Of a stretch of DNA of 64,000 nt, positions 46,144-55,812 are shown piece after piece. Positions within the stretch are counted from its first letter, which is position 1. Every line of letters starts with the position of its first letter. Origin of the DNA: a virus; IMG/VR virus record IMGVR_UViG_3300046454_000714, positions 23,528 to 87,527 of that record; one strand, written 5' to 3'. A model generated the notes under the pieces. That model was not told the DNA's origin, searched no databases, and saw only the letters and a list, made by a program, of their open reading frames with translations. The translations under genes and the position numbers were made by a program.

Positions 46144-47016
46144 GTGCCGTTCACCGCAGGACAAGACCTCGGCGGCGTCTGGGCAGACCTCGGGACCATC
46201 CCGCTCGGGCGGGTCGATTCCAACGGGGTCGCCTGGGCGTTGCAGTCCATGGACGGCTGGGACGGCTCCGAGGTCCGGGCCGAATACACCGACCGGGAAT
46301 CCGATCACGGATCGTGGTCAAGCCCCGTCTACCTCGGTTCGCGACCCGTCACCCTGGCCGGCACGGTCACCGCACCGGACCGCACCAGCCTGGAGGGCGC
46401 GCTGGAGCAGCTGCGGTCCGCAGCTGCCCTGACCGACACCACACTGGTCGTGTACGAGCTGACATCGCCGAAACAGGCAGTGGTGCGCCGCTCCGGGAAG
46501 CCGCTGTTCGCCTACGTCACCGACCGGATCGCCACCTACAGCGTGCTCGTCACGGCGGGGGACCCGCGCCGCTACAGCACCACCCTGCAGTCCGGTACGA
46601 CAGGCCTGCCCAGCACGACGGGCGGCCTCACCTTCCCGATCACCTTCCCGATCACGTTCTCGGCGACGACCGTGTCCGGGCAGATCAACGCCGTCAACTC
46701 CGGCTCCATGGACACCCGGCCAGTACTGACCATCGCCGGACCCGTGGTCGCGCCCACCATCTCCGCCCTCTACCCAGACGGCACCGTGCGCCAGCTCATC
46801 TACTCCCTGACACTGGCCAGCGGCGACGTCCTCACCATCGACACCGACGCACACACCGTGATCCTCAACGGCTCGGTCTCCCGGCGCCGGTTCGTGACCG
46901 TGTCGGCCGGCTGGCCCACCATTCCGGCGAGCTCATCGGTCAACTACCAGTTCCAGTCCGGCACTTACAACTCAAGCGCGCTGCTGACCGCCACCTGGCG
47001 CTCGGCCTGGATGTGA
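46144..47016 (+). CDS. Distal tail protein
   Basis: GWDGSEVR...AGDPRRY...TWRSAWM. Confidence 0.85.
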   Translation: MPFTAGQDLGGVWADLGTIPLGRVDSNGVAWALQSMDGWDGSEVRAEYTDRESDHGSWSSPVYLGSRPVTLAGTVTAPDRTSLEGALEQLRSAAALTDTTLVVYELTSPKQAVVRRSGKPLFAYVTDRIATYSVLVTAGDPRRYSTTLQSGTTGLPSTTGGLTFPITFPITFSATTVSGQINAVNSGSMDTRPVLTIAGPVVAPTISALYPDGTVRQLIYSLTLASGDVLTIDTDAHTVILNGSVSRRRFVTVSAGWPTIPASSSVNYQFQSGTYNSSALLTATWRSAWM

Positions 47017-47026
47017 GGAGGCCCCC

Positions 47027-48058
47027 GTGCCCGTAGACGTGTGGGCCATCGACACACTGGCGTTCTCCGGCCTGGAAGTCCGCAACGCGGACTCCATGTT
47101 CGTCATGGCCAACGGCAGCGCCCTGGGCTCGACATCGGGTGTACGCCCCGGCGACCCGGGCCTCACCGTCACTCTGGCCGGCACCACCATCAACTGTTCG
47201 GCGGGCGTCGCCACGGTCGCCTATGCCGGCCAGGGCGTATACCGGGCAGCATTCCCGTCGTCCGTATCACCCGGCACCTATACGGCCGCGCACGCCACCC
47301 TCAACAGGATCGACCTCGTCTACCTGCGGGTGTGGGACAACAGCGTGGACGCCTCCGGCCTGAACAAGGCCGACATCGTCTACCTGGCCGGCACTCCGTC
47401 CGCCTCCCCGGTCGCCCCGACACCGGCGGGCACGCAGATCTACCTGCCGCTCGCCAACATCACCGTGCTGTCGGTGTCCAACGGCGGGACCGCCTCCGTG
47501 AGTACGGCGGTCCGGCCGTACACGGTGGCGCCGGGCGGCATCCTCCCGTCGGCGACCGCGCCGGCGAGCCCCTACACGGGCCAGTTCTACGACAACGGCA
47601 CCGACCTGCTCCGCTGGAACGGCTCCTCCTGGGACACCTACTTCAAGGTGTCGGGCGCCTGGACGTCATACACGCCGACATGGACAGCGGCGACGACGAA
47701 CCCGGCACTCGGCAACGGCACCCTGGTTGGCCGCTACAACAAAATCGGACGCCAGGTCACCTTCCACATCAACCTGATCCCCGGCAGCACGACAACGTTC
47801 GGCGCGGGCGGCTACTCCTTCGCCCTTCCCGCGACGGCGGCAAACGTCGGATGCAGCATGATCGGCGCCGTCCAGTTCCTCGGCACCGACCGGTGGCAGG
47901 GCGAAACAGTCATCTCACCGACCGCCACCACCACCTCGCCGTTCCTGAACATCTCCACCACGAACGTGCGCATCACCCAGATGAGCCCGACCGTGCCCGA
48001 AACGTTCGCCAACGGCTCCCAGCTGCGGATCACCGGCACCTACGAGTCGGCCACCTGA
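47027..48058 (+). CDS. Minor tail / fibre protein
   Basis: RIDLVYLRVWD; WTSYTPTW...GNGTLVGRY.KIG. Confidence 0.85.
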   Translation: MPVDVWAIDTLAFSGLEVRNADSMFVMANGSALGSTSGVRPGDPGLTVTLAGTTINCSAGVATVAYAGQGVYRAAFPSSVSPGTYTAAHATLNRIDLVYLRVWDNSVDASGLNKADIVYLAGTPSASPVAPTPAGTQIYLPLANITVLSVSNGGTASVSTAVRPYTVAPGGILPSATAPASPYTGQFYDNGTDLLRWNGSSWDTYFKVSGAWTSYTPTWTAATTNPALGNGTLVGRYNKIGRQVTFHINLIPGSTTTFGAGGYSFALPATAANVGCSMIGAVQFLGTDRWQGETVISPTATTTSPFLNISTTNVRITQMSPTVPETFANGSQLRITGTYESAT

Positions 48059-49140
48059 TGCCGCAGGCCTACGAACTCGCCTGGTACGGCTGCGACCTGG
48101 CCTCCGGCGGCATCGTTGAGGATCTCCGCTCGCTCAAGCCGGCAGGGGCGCTCACGCGGAAGCTCGGCGACTCGACCACGTTGCAGTTCGAACTCAACAT
48201 CCCCGGCGCCCCGGCCGGCTGGGATACGGCCACGACACCCGGCCAGTCCATGCTGGTGGCCGTCGACACGGCCACCGACACCCCGATCTGGGCGGGTGCG
48301 GTACTGCCTCGCGAAGGCGGCAGCTCGCAGACTGCATCACTCGGGGCCGCCACCCTGGAGAGCTACCTCGACTCCCGGTTTCCCGGCGACCAGTCTCTCA
48401 TCGGCGCCGACCAGGCCACTGTCGTCGCCGCGCTCGTCACGCCCGCACTCACGAACGGGCCGCCGTTCGTCATCGACGCGCCGAACACGGGCGTCACCAT
48501 GACCTACCTGACGCAGGACGGCGACGACAAAACGATCCTGGCCTGCCTCAAAGAGATCATGGCATTGGACGGCGGCCCCGAGTGGACGATCGACGTCATA
48601 TGGAATTCAGGGCACACAGGGTTCCAGTTCCCGCTGCGCGTCCGCGCGGCCGTCGGCACCCAGGCCAACCCACCAGAAGCCACCTTCGACTTCCCCGGCT
48701 GCGTCTCGTCCTACGCACTGTCGGAGTCCTACGAGCAGGGCAAAGGCGCCACCGCCGTCATCGCCCGCGGCGAGGGTGAGGGATCATCCCGGCTCACCTC
48801 CAGCCCGCACGTGGCGACCGCACTCATTGCCGCGGGATGGCCCCGCTGGGAATACCGCTACACCCCCGCAACGGGCATCGACGACCCCGACCAACTGGAC
48901 GCCCACGCCACGCAGTCCTTGGCGCTCATGCAACAAGGCGCCCGGGTGTGGTCCATCGAGGCCGTGGCATCCCGCGCCCCACGCCTGGGCCGGGACTGGT
49001 TCCTCGGCGACACCGTCCGCATGGCCGTCGAACGCTCACCGCGGCACCCGCAGGGCACAAACCTGGTCGCCCGCTGCTGGTCCTGGGAGCTCGACCCGAG
49101 CGCCGACAAGATCCGGCCCATCCTGGTAGAGGAGAGCTGA
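48058..49140 (+). CDS. Minor tail (baseplate hub-like) protein
   Basis: GGPEWTID...APRLGRDWFLGD; TGATG coupling. Confidence 0.85.
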   Translation: MPQAYELAWYGCDLASGGIVEDLRSLKPAGALTRKLGDSTTLQFELNIPGAPAGWDTATTPGQSMLVAVDTATDTPIWAGAVLPREGGSSQTASLGAATLESYLDSRFPGDQSLIGADQATVVAALVTPALTNGPPFVIDAPNTGVTMTYLTQDGDDKTILACLKEIMALDGGPEWTIDVIWNSGHTGFQFPLRVRAAVGTQANPPEATFDFPGCVSSYALSESYEQGKGATAVIARGEGEGSSRLTSSPHVATALIAAGWPRWEYRYTPATGIDDPDQLDAHATQSLALMQQGARVWSIEAVASRAPRLGRDWFLGDTVRMAVERSPRHPQGTNLVARCWSWELDPSADKIRPILVEES

Positions 49141-49902
49141 ATGCCCCGCCAGATCGACCAGCTCCCGCCCGACACCACCTCCCTGGCCCGGCGGATCCAG
49201 GCCCTGGAAGGGCAAGTACGCGAGATGCGGGCGGCCCGGCGCATGACGGCCGCATCCGTCGGCACCCTCCGCGTATACGCGGACGACGGCACGACCCTTC
49301 TCGCAGAACTGGGCCCGGAGACCGGCGGCGACGGCGGAGGCGGCCTGTGGACCCGCGGCCTTCAGGATCCGATCAACATGTCCGCCTACCTGTCCTCTGG
49401 GCAGCTGCAGTTCCGGCCGGTCGAGGACGGGCAGGTCGCCGTCCCGGCGGGCATCACCTATGACTCGGACGCCTTCCAGTACACCGACCTCATCCTGACC
49501 TCCGGAAATGTTGCCGCCACCGCCCACCGGGCCGTGCTCACGCTGGAGTCCACGTTCGAGGGCGGCAACCCCTACGTCTATGTGCAGGGCGAAAACAGCA
49601 CCCAGTGCAACATGGACATCCTCGGGGTCCTCACCGCGAGCAGCCTGGCCTGGGGCAGCGTGGCCATCACGCCGAGCGCCGCCAACACCCCGACCTCCGC
49701 CACCGTCACCGGGCTCAGTCTCAAGGGCAGCACGTTCATCGGATTCTCCGGCGCCCAGACCGCCGCGCCCGGCTCAACGGCCGGCACGAACGGCGTCACC
49801 GGCACGAGCGCCACCTCCGCCACCTCAACCGGCCTCACCGTGTGGCTGACCCGGCAAAACACGAGCGCGACAACAGTGAACTGGCTGGTGATCGGGATAT
49901 GA
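49141..49902 (+). CDS. Minor tail protein
   Basis: LARRIQALEGQVRE coiled coil followed by a beta-rich C-terminus. Confidence 0.8.
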   Translation: MPRQIDQLPPDTTSLARRIQALEGQVREMRAARRMTAASVGTLRVYADDGTTLLAELGPETGGDGGGGLWTRGLQDPINMSAYLSSGQLQFRPVEDGQVAVPAGITYDSDAFQYTDLILTSGNVAATAHRAVLTLESTFEGGNPYVYVQGENSTQCNMDILGVLTASSLAWGSVAITPSAANTPTSATVTGLSLKGSTFIGFSGAQTAAPGSTAGTNGVTGTSATSATSTGLTVWLTRQNTSATTVNWLVIGI

Positions 49903-50105
49903 GCGTCACGTTCCAACCCGGGCTGTACTACGAGGTCACAGCCCGCGACAACAACGAGGCCTGCACGAACTACGAGCAGACCTTCGACATCCCGCAGTTC
50001 TACTCCAATGCGGGCACCAACTGCTTCGTGCAGTGCGGACTCTGCGGACAACACATGGAGATCCTCACCGCGACCCTGCTCGACCCGCAGCCCGAAGTCA
50101 CCTGA
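49899..50105 (+). CDS. Small Cys-containing tail-associated protein
   Basis: ACTN...QCGLCG; ATGA overlap. Confidence 0.7.
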   Translation: MSVTFQPGLYYEVTARDNNEACTNYEQTFDIPQFYSNAGTNCFVQCGLCGQHMEILTATLLDPQPEVT

Positions 50106-50124
50106 CCCACCGCATCACCGGCCC

Positions 50125-50154
50125 GCGCCCCGCCCCCACCAGGGCGCATTTTTC
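50125..50154 (+). terminator. Intrinsic terminator
   Basis: GCGCCC...GGGCGC followed by ATTTTT. Confidence 0.55.
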
Positions 50155-50172
50155 ATGCCCTGGAGGGGCTCC

Positions 50173-51108
50173 TTGAGCACATCGATCCGCCAGTACGGCC
50201 GCCGCGCGCCGAAGCGCGCACGGGCCATCTCGCTCTCCCGCATCCTCTCCGGCACGCTGCCCGCGCACCCGACGGCGGCCGACTACCTGGCCACGCTCGG
50301 TGGCGGCTGGCAGATGCGCGGGAATGATGTCGCCGGGGACTGCGTGGCCGTCACCTGGGCCAACATCCGCCGTCTCCTCACGGCCATCGCCGGCGCCGAG
50401 TACTACCCGACGCAGGACGAGGTCTGGGCGGTCTACGAGACCCAGAACCCGGGCTTCGATCCGAACGGCACCGCGGCGACGAACGGGCCTGGCTCGTCGC
50501 ACGACAACGGTATGGACATCCAGACCCTGCTGGAGTATCTGGCCAAGCGCGGCGACATCCTCGCCTTCGCCAAGGTCAACCCGTCCAGCCCGGACGAGGT
50601 CAAGGCCGCCATCGCCATCTTCGGTTTCGTGTGGGCGGGTATCGACGTCCAGCAGGCCAACGAAACCGAGTTCGACCAGGGCAAGCCGTGGAACTACCAC
50701 CGCTCCAGCCCGGATGCGGGCGGCCACTCCGTCATCACCGGCGGCTACGGCAACCCCGGTACGGGCCCGCTGGGTGGGGATGAACGATTCATCACCTGGG
50801 CCGAGGAGACGTCGTTCACGGACTCCTACTGGAGCCACAAGGTTGAGGAAGCCTGGGCGGTCATCTTCCCCGAGCACCTCAAGCACCCCAACTTCCTGGC
50901 GGGCATCGACCTGACGGCGTTCGAGGCGGCCTGGACGGAGATCACTACCAAGCCGTTCCCGGTGGTCATGCCGCCGACCCCGGTGCCGACCCCTCCTCCC
51001 GCGCCCACTCCTGCTCCGAATCCTCGACTGGCTGAGGCGGCTGTTGCTGCCCAGGAGTTGGCGGATCTGATGCGGCCGTGGGCGCCTGGCAAGACGACGG
51101 GAGCCTGA
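50173..51108 (+). CDS. Papain-like (C1A-like) cysteine peptidase
   Basis: GNDVAGDCVAV...DNGMD...GGHSVITGGY...FITW; GGAGG plus TTG start. Confidence 0.75.
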   Translation: MSTSIRQYGRRAPKRARAISLSRILSGTLPAHPTAADYLATLGGGWQMRGNDVAGDCVAVTWANIRRLLTAIAGAEYYPTQDEVWAVYETQNPGFDPNGTAATNGPGSSHDNGMDIQTLLEYLAKRGDILAFAKVNPSSPDEVKAAIAIFGFVWAGIDVQQANETEFDQGKPWNYHRSSPDAGGHSVITGGYGNPGTGPLGGDERFITWAEETSFTDSYWSHKVEEAWAVIFPEHLKHPNFLAGIDLTAFEAAWTEITTKPFPVVMPPTPVPTPPPAPTPAPNPRLAEAAVAAQELADLMRPWAPGKTTGA

Positions 51109-51110
51109 CC

Positions 51111-52301
51111 ATGGCCACCTTCCATGCCGCGATCGTCCACCCCGACCAGACGGTCACCTACTGCGGCGAGGTCGACCAGGACCACGTCGACACGGTCCGC
51201 GCGGTCGCCGCCATCGAGGACGTGCCGCGGTTCGTCAAGGAAAACCCGCGAACCCCGGGTGCATTCTTCGTGCTGCGCCCGGACGATGAGGGCGGCGACC
51301 TCGACTGGTACGTGCCGACAGACGCCGCTGCGTACACGGTCCGCGCGCCCGACCCCGACCCTGCGGGCGCCGTCGCGACGCTCACGGCAACGGCCACGAC
51401 GGGCCCCGCCTACATCGACGGCGCCGAGCGGCTCGGCGGGCAGGTCATCGGCGGCGCCATGGACCATCCGGAGTCGGGGCCCCGGTTCACCTGGCACGTC
51501 ACGGTGTCGCCGCAGGGGTATTTCACCTCGATGGCTTCCTACCTGATCGCCGCCGGGTTCGAACCGCAGGTGCTGTACGACCCCAAGACGGACAGGCTCG
51601 GCCAGTTCGGGCCGCTCACCCAGTCGGCGCGGGCGCTGCAGAACGACGGCGCGAGGCGCACCAACCGCGAGGGCAAGGTCAACATTCAGGTCGAGGTCGT
51701 CGCGATGCCGTCCCCGCCCTGGACGAATGGTTTCGACCCGGCGGCCAAGCCCAACTTCCGCAAGCTGCTGGCCGCTGGCCGTGCGCACGGCATCCCCGGC
51801 GTCTGGCCTGCCGGACCGCCGGTCTCATCGTCGAGCCAGGCGATGCCGCGCACCCGCAGCATCTGGCAGTCGAAGGCTGGGCACTACGGGCACTGCCACG
51901 TGCCGGCAAACAGCCATTGGGACCCGGGCGGCATCGACGTCAGCAAGGTCCCCGGCAAGGCCGTCACCCCGAAGCCGGCGCCCACCCCGAAGCCCGCGGC
52001 CAAGCCGAAGGTCAGCGTCGCGCACGTCGCCACCGCGGCCAAGCACGACCCCTCTGCCGCGCAGGGCCACGCCACCTACCGGGCGGAGACCCTCCTCGTC
52101 GAGAAGGCCTTGCACGCCGAAGGCCTCCTCGACCAGCAGTACGTCGACGGCAGCTTCGGCAGCCTCACCGTCACCGCCTACGCCAAGTGGCAGCGCTCCA
52201 AGGCCGGCGGCTCGTACAGCGGCACCGCGGCCGACGGAATCCCCGGCCAGACCTCCCTCAGCAAGCTCGCCGCGAGACACGGCTTCACCGTCGTCGCCTG
52301 A
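51111..52301 (+). CDS. Endolysin: amidase_2-type domain plus peptidoglycan-binding domain
   Basis: WHVT...NREGKVNIQVEV...GHCHVPANSHWDPG; VDGSFG...ADGIPG..SL..L. Confidence 0.9.
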   Translation: MATFHAAIVHPDQTVTYCGEVDQDHVDTVRAVAAIEDVPRFVKENPRTPGAFFVLRPDDEGGDLDWYVPTDAAAYTVRAPDPDPAGAVATLTATATTGPAYIDGAERLGGQVIGGAMDHPESGPRFTWHVTVSPQGYFTSMASYLIAAGFEPQVLYDPKTDRLGQFGPLTQSARALQNDGARRTNREGKVNIQVEVVAMPSPPWTNGFDPAAKPNFRKLLAAGRAHGIPGVWPAGPPVSSSSQAMPRTRSIWQSKAGHYGHCHVPANSHWDPGGIDVSKVPGKAVTPKPAPTPKPAAKPKVSVAHVATAAKHDPSAAQGHATYRAETLLVEKALHAEGLLDQQYVDGSFGSLTVTAYAKWQRSKAGGSYSGTAADGIPGQTSLSKLAARHGFTVVA

Positions 52302-52322
52302 CTTGGAAGAAACGAGAACCTC

Positions 52323-52694
52323 ATGAAGATCAATCGTGAACCGGCGGCGCTGCTCGCGTTCGTCGCGGTCGGCATCAAGCTGCTGGCCGCGTTCGGCGTG
52401 GGCCTGAGCAGCGACCAGCAGGCCGTCCTCAACGCGGTCGCCGCAGCCGTCGTCGGCCTCGTCGTGGCCGTCCTCGCGCATGACGCGCTCGCCGCACCCC
52501 TGTACGGCTTCAGTCAGGCCGCACTCGCGCTCGCCGTCGGCTTCGGCCTGCACTGGTCCGCCGACCAGCAAGCCATCGTGCTGTCGTTCGTACAGGTCGC
52601 CATCGCCATGTTCCTACGCACCCAGATCACCGCGAAGACGCCGGGACCGGCCGCAGCGAAGCACGTGGCGTCTGCTTCCACGCAGGCCCTCTGA
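52323..52694 (+). CDS. Holin
   Basis: REPAALL; several TM helices; internal SSDQQA/SADQQA repeat. Confidence 0.85.
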   Translation: MKINREPAALLAFVAVGIKLLAAFGVGLSSDQQAVLNAVAAAVVGLVVAVLAHDALAAPLYGFSQAALALAVGFGLHWSADQQAIVLSFVQVAIAMFLRTQITAKTPGPAAAKHVASASTQAL

Positions 52695-52706
52695 TCGGAG
52701 CCCCAC

Positions 52707-52997
52707 GTGGCTGAGCCGACGGCTGGCGAAGTCAACCGAAGGCTTGACGACGTCCGGCAAGACCTGAAGGACGACGTGCGCGACCTCAGCGCCCGACTCG
52801 GGGAGAAGGTCAACCAGGAGGGCTACGACGTCCGGCACGCCGCACTCCTCGCCCGCGTCGTCGCCCTCGAAGCGCAGCGGGAGAAGGATGCCGAGAAGGT
52901 TGCGGCGATGCGCCGCTGGTGGGTCGCCACGATCATCGTGCCGATCGTCATCGTCCTTCTCCAGGCGTACCTCAGTTCCAAGGGGGCGGGCTCTTGA
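52707..52997 (+). CDS. Coiled-coil membrane protein of the lysis cassette
   Basis: EPTAGEVNRRL; C-terminal TM helix. Confidence 0.75.
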   Translation: MAEPTAGEVNRRLDDVRQDLKDDVRDLSARLGEKVNQEGYDVRHAALLARVVALEAQREKDAEKVAAMRRWWVATIIVPIVIVLLQAYLSSKGAGS

Positions 52998-53737
52998 GCG
53001 CGCGGCGTATCCCGGCGGCCACCAAGGAGCGGCGCCGGGACGGGGTCTTCGTGGTCGCCTTGGTGGCCGGGGTGTCGGTGCTGGCCTGGGTTGTCATCAC
53101 CATGCAGGGCCTCTCCCACGACCTGCGGGTCTCCAACCAGGCCCGAGATGCCTTGGCCCGCCAGGTGCAGTCCCTCGGACATAAGCCGGTCGCCGGACCG
53201 CCCGGGTCACGCGGCGAGGCAGGCGCATCAGTCGTCGGCCCGCGCGGACCCAAGGGCGACACGGGGGCGTCGGGTAAGCCGGCGCCCACCATCACGCCGA
53301 AGCCGGGCACATCTGGCGCGTCCGGGTCCCCGGGAAAGCCGGGCGCCGACTCGACAGTGGCTGGCCCGACCGGTCCGCCGGGGGCAGACTCGACGGTTGC
53401 CGGACCCCAAGGCGAGGCAGGCGTGGCCGGGCCCGTCGGCCCCCAAGGCGACCGCGGCGAGAAGGGCGACACCGGGGACACGGGCGCGACCGGCCCGGCA
53501 CCGTCCGGCTGGACGTACACGGACGGCGCGGGCGTCACCTACACGTGCACGCCCGACTCGGACGGCTCCACCCACTACACGTGCACAGCCGCCCCGGTGA
53601 GTCCCACACCCAGCCCGTCGAATCCCGAGTCCGCGGTGCTGGTGCTCAGTGCCGCGCTCGCCCGCAGGAGGATCGATGCCCCGAGCAGTACCCGCGGCCG
53701 TCACCGGGCGGTCCGCCACCGCGGTGCCCACCGCTGA
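52994..53737 (+). CDS. Membrane-anchored collagen-like protein
   Basis: TM helix, coiled coil, G-X-Y repeats, YTCTPD..YTC. Confidence 0.8.
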   Translation: MSARRIPAATKERRRDGVFVVALVAGVSVLAWVVITMQGLSHDLRVSNQARDALARQVQSLGHKPVAGPPGSRGEAGASVVGPRGPKGDTGASGKPAPTITPKPGTSGASGSPGKPGADSTVAGPTGPPGADSTVAGPQGEAGVAGPVGPQGDRGEKGDTGDTGATGPAPSGWTYTDGAGVTYTCTPDSDGSTHYTCTAAPVSPTPSPSNPESAVLVLSAALARRRIDAPSSTRGRHRAVRHRGAHR

Positions 53738-53888
53738 ACCGGCCCCGCGCCAGCCCCGCCGCGATACCGCCGCGGCCGACGCCGGTTCGCTGGAACACGC
53801 GGGCCGCCTCGACCCGCAGCCGGTCCCGGCGCCCAGCATCAGCCCGTTCCTGCCGCCCGACCTGCCGCCGTATGAGGAGGACGACTGA
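53676..53888 (+). CDS. Hypothetical protein
   Basis: AGGAGG RBS before the ATG at 53676. Confidence 0.55.
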   Translation: MPRAVPAAVTGRSATAVPTAEPAPRQPRRDTAAADAGSLEHAGRLDPQPVPAPSISPFLPPDLPPYEEDD

Positions 53889-54016
53889 CGGGCCCTCACG
53901 CCACCGGCTGCCCCTCCATGCCGGTTGCCCCGTCCGCCCCGGCTGGAAGGGGGTGACCCTGTGCTGCATCTGTTCCTGCACCTCGTCGTACTCGTCTGCC
54001 TCTGACCAGCACGACA

Positions 54017-54123
54017 ACGCCCCCGCCCTTCTCGCTGCCATCTGGCGGCGCGGAGGGCGGGGGCGTTTCGCTGTGCGGCTATCGTTCGGGAAGGTCCCCG
54101 CCTGTTAGAGGCAGGCGGGGACC
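54017..54123. terminator. Paired hairpins between convergent operons
   Basis: AACGCCCCCGCCCT...AGGGCGGGGGCGTT and GGTCCCCGCCTG...CAGGCGGGGACC. Confidence 0.7.
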
Positions 54124-54133
54124 GCTTGCCGAC

Positions 54134-54673
54134 TCATGCGACCTTCCGTGTCTCCGTCTTGTTGCACTTCGAGCAGCGGCGGATCTGGACCGGGCCTTTC
54201 CAGGTGCCGAGCTTCGGGAGCAGCGGGGAGTCGTAGGTGGCCTCCGCGTCCTGCCACGCTCCCCACTTGTGGATGTGAAGGCCGGGTGCCGCAGGCTCGC
54301 TGGTCCGCGTCACGTTCGGCGGCTCATCCGGGACATCCTCGACGCGCTCGTCGGGGACGGTCGCGGCGACGCTGGCCACGATCTCCGCATGCCCGGTACG
54401 GGCTTCGGCCTCGGTATGCCACCGCCACTGACTCTGGTCCTGCTCCTCGCCGCCACCGAACACCATGGTCTCGAACAGGATCGGCTGGCCTCCACCCCAG
54501 TTGTGGTCGACGCCGAGCCACACCGTGGAGACTCGGAAGCTGACCTCCGGGTCGCTGGTCGACGTGATCTCGGTGAGGGCCACGCGCTTGTACGCCATGT
54601 CGCCGAGCAGGGCGTTGGCCTGCTCAGAGTTGATGGGCTGACCTTGGCGGTCGTACCAGAGCTGCTGATTCAT
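54134..54673 (-). CDS. Hypothetical phage protein
   Basis: VSTVWLGVDHNW...PILFETMVFGG. Confidence 0.75.
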   Translation of the reverse strand: MNQQLWYDRQGQPINSEQANALLGDMAYKRVALTEITSTSDPEVSFRVSTVWLGVDHNWGGGQPILFETMVFGGGEEQDQSQWRWHTEAEARTGHAEIVASVAATVPDERVEDVPDEPPNVTRTSEPAAPGLHIHKWGAWQDAEATYDSPLLPKLGTWKGPVQIRRCSKCNKTETRKVA

Positions 54674-54675
54674 GG

Positions 54676-55116
54676 TCACGCTCCCTGCTTCTCGGCGCGC
54701 TGGGTGTCGTAGCTGATGAACCCGATGCGCGCGGCTTCGACGGCCAGCGTCTCCCGCCATCCGTCCGGCGCCGGGTAGTCCTCGCTCTCGCCGTCGCCCC
54801 GGTAGAAGAGGAACGGTGCGTCGGTGCCAGAGGTGGTGATGAACTCGATGCCGAGCCGTTTGGCGTCGGCGACGAGCGCGTCCACGGCGATGCTCAGTCC
54901 GCTGCGGGTCTTGGCGTCGCGCACCGGATACCGCGTGTGCAGGTGGCCCTCGGTGGAGACGAGCCCGGCGTCCGGGTCGTCGTCGTTGAACCCGTCGTCG
55001 CAGTAGTCGAGCGACGCAGCCCACCCCGGGTACGGGATGCCGTCGATGCGGGTAGCGAACTCCGAGTAGGTGACGGTGATGCCGGTGGACCAGTAACGGC
55101 CCGACTTGCTGATCAT
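54676..55116 (-). CDS. Hypothetical protein
   Basis: AAGGAG RBS. Confidence 0.7.
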   Translation of the reverse strand: MISKSGRYWSTGITVTYSEFATRIDGIPYPGWAASLDYCDDGFNDDDPDAGLVSTEGHLHTRYPVRDAKTRSGLSIAVDALVADAKRLGIEFITTSGTDAPFLFYRGDGESEDYPAPDGWRETLAVEAARIGFISYDTQRAEKQGA

Positions 55117-55514
55117 GCGGTCTCCTTCTTCGCGTCGATGATTTCGCGGATCCTGTCGAGCTTCTCCTCGGCGCTGAGCGCTCCGAGGTTGCCGTCGGCG
55201 AGGCCGTCGAGGATGCGGCGGACGTTGACGCGTTCGGGGTAGAGGACGGCGTCGAGGATGGCGGCGCGGGTGCTGCCGTCGCGGAGGTAGACCCAGACCT
55301 CGTTGTGCTGGCGCGGCTCGACGTTGCAGCGGGCGTCGAGGATCTCGCGCGGGAAGTAGCCGAGGTCGGAGCCTTCGAGTTCTTCGCCGATCTCGGTGAG
55401 GATGTACTTGCCGAGCTTGCGGTAGCCGAGTTCGGTGCGGAGGTCTCCGAGGTTGACTCTGGTGAGGCCGCCCTCTTCGACGCAGCGGGCATGGATCGCT
55501 TGCAGGTTGGACAT
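55113..55514 (-). CDS. Hypothetical protein
   Basis: LGDLRTELGYRKLGKYIL; GGAAGG RBS. Confidence 0.7.
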   Translation of the reverse strand: MSNLQAIHARCVEEGGLTRVNLGDLRTELGYRKLGKYILTEIGEELEGSDLGYFPREILDARCNVEPRQHNEVWVYLRDGSTRAAILDAVLYPERVNVRRILDGLADGNLGALSAEEKLDRIREIIDAKKETA

Positions 55515-55551
55515 GTGGTCGCCTTCCATGTTCTATCTCTAGCGTTGCCAC

Positions 55552-55580
55552 ACTATATTTGCGGCATGCGGATAAAACAA
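55552..55580 (-). promoter_or_regulatory. Promoter for the leftward accessory operon
   Basis: TTGTTT-17 bp-TATAGT on the minus strand. Confidence 0.55.
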
Positions 55581-55669
55581 GGGGCGACTCGAAACGTGAA
55601 CCGAGGGGAGTGGCGTCGAGGCGCAACGCCCCACGCGGCGCAGCGAGTTGGGGTGCCACGATGCGTGAC

Positions 55670-55805
55670 TGTCCAACTAACGATCGATAGTTGGTTAGTT
55701 GGACACGTGAGGGTCGAAACGGACATACCTGTACTCGCGGTTGTCCAAAAAGGCTGTACAGAAAGTCTCAATGTCCATGTACTAGGCATGACCCTTTGTT
55801 AGACA
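55670..55805. other. res-like recombination site
   Basis: TGTCCAACTAAC...GTTAGTTGGACA inverted repeat plus further TGTCCA/TGTACA/TAGACA half-sites directly upstream of the resolvase. Confidence 0.7.
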
Positions 55806-55812
55806 ATGAAGC

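Noticed and set aside
53190-53500. Collagen G-X-Y repeats as a novelty
   Set aside because: Common in actinophage lysis-region membrane proteins.
54134-55659. Long ORF-track calls of 452 aa and 327 aa
   Set aside because: Upstream extensions are off-frame overlaps; three shorter genes with RBSs explain the region.
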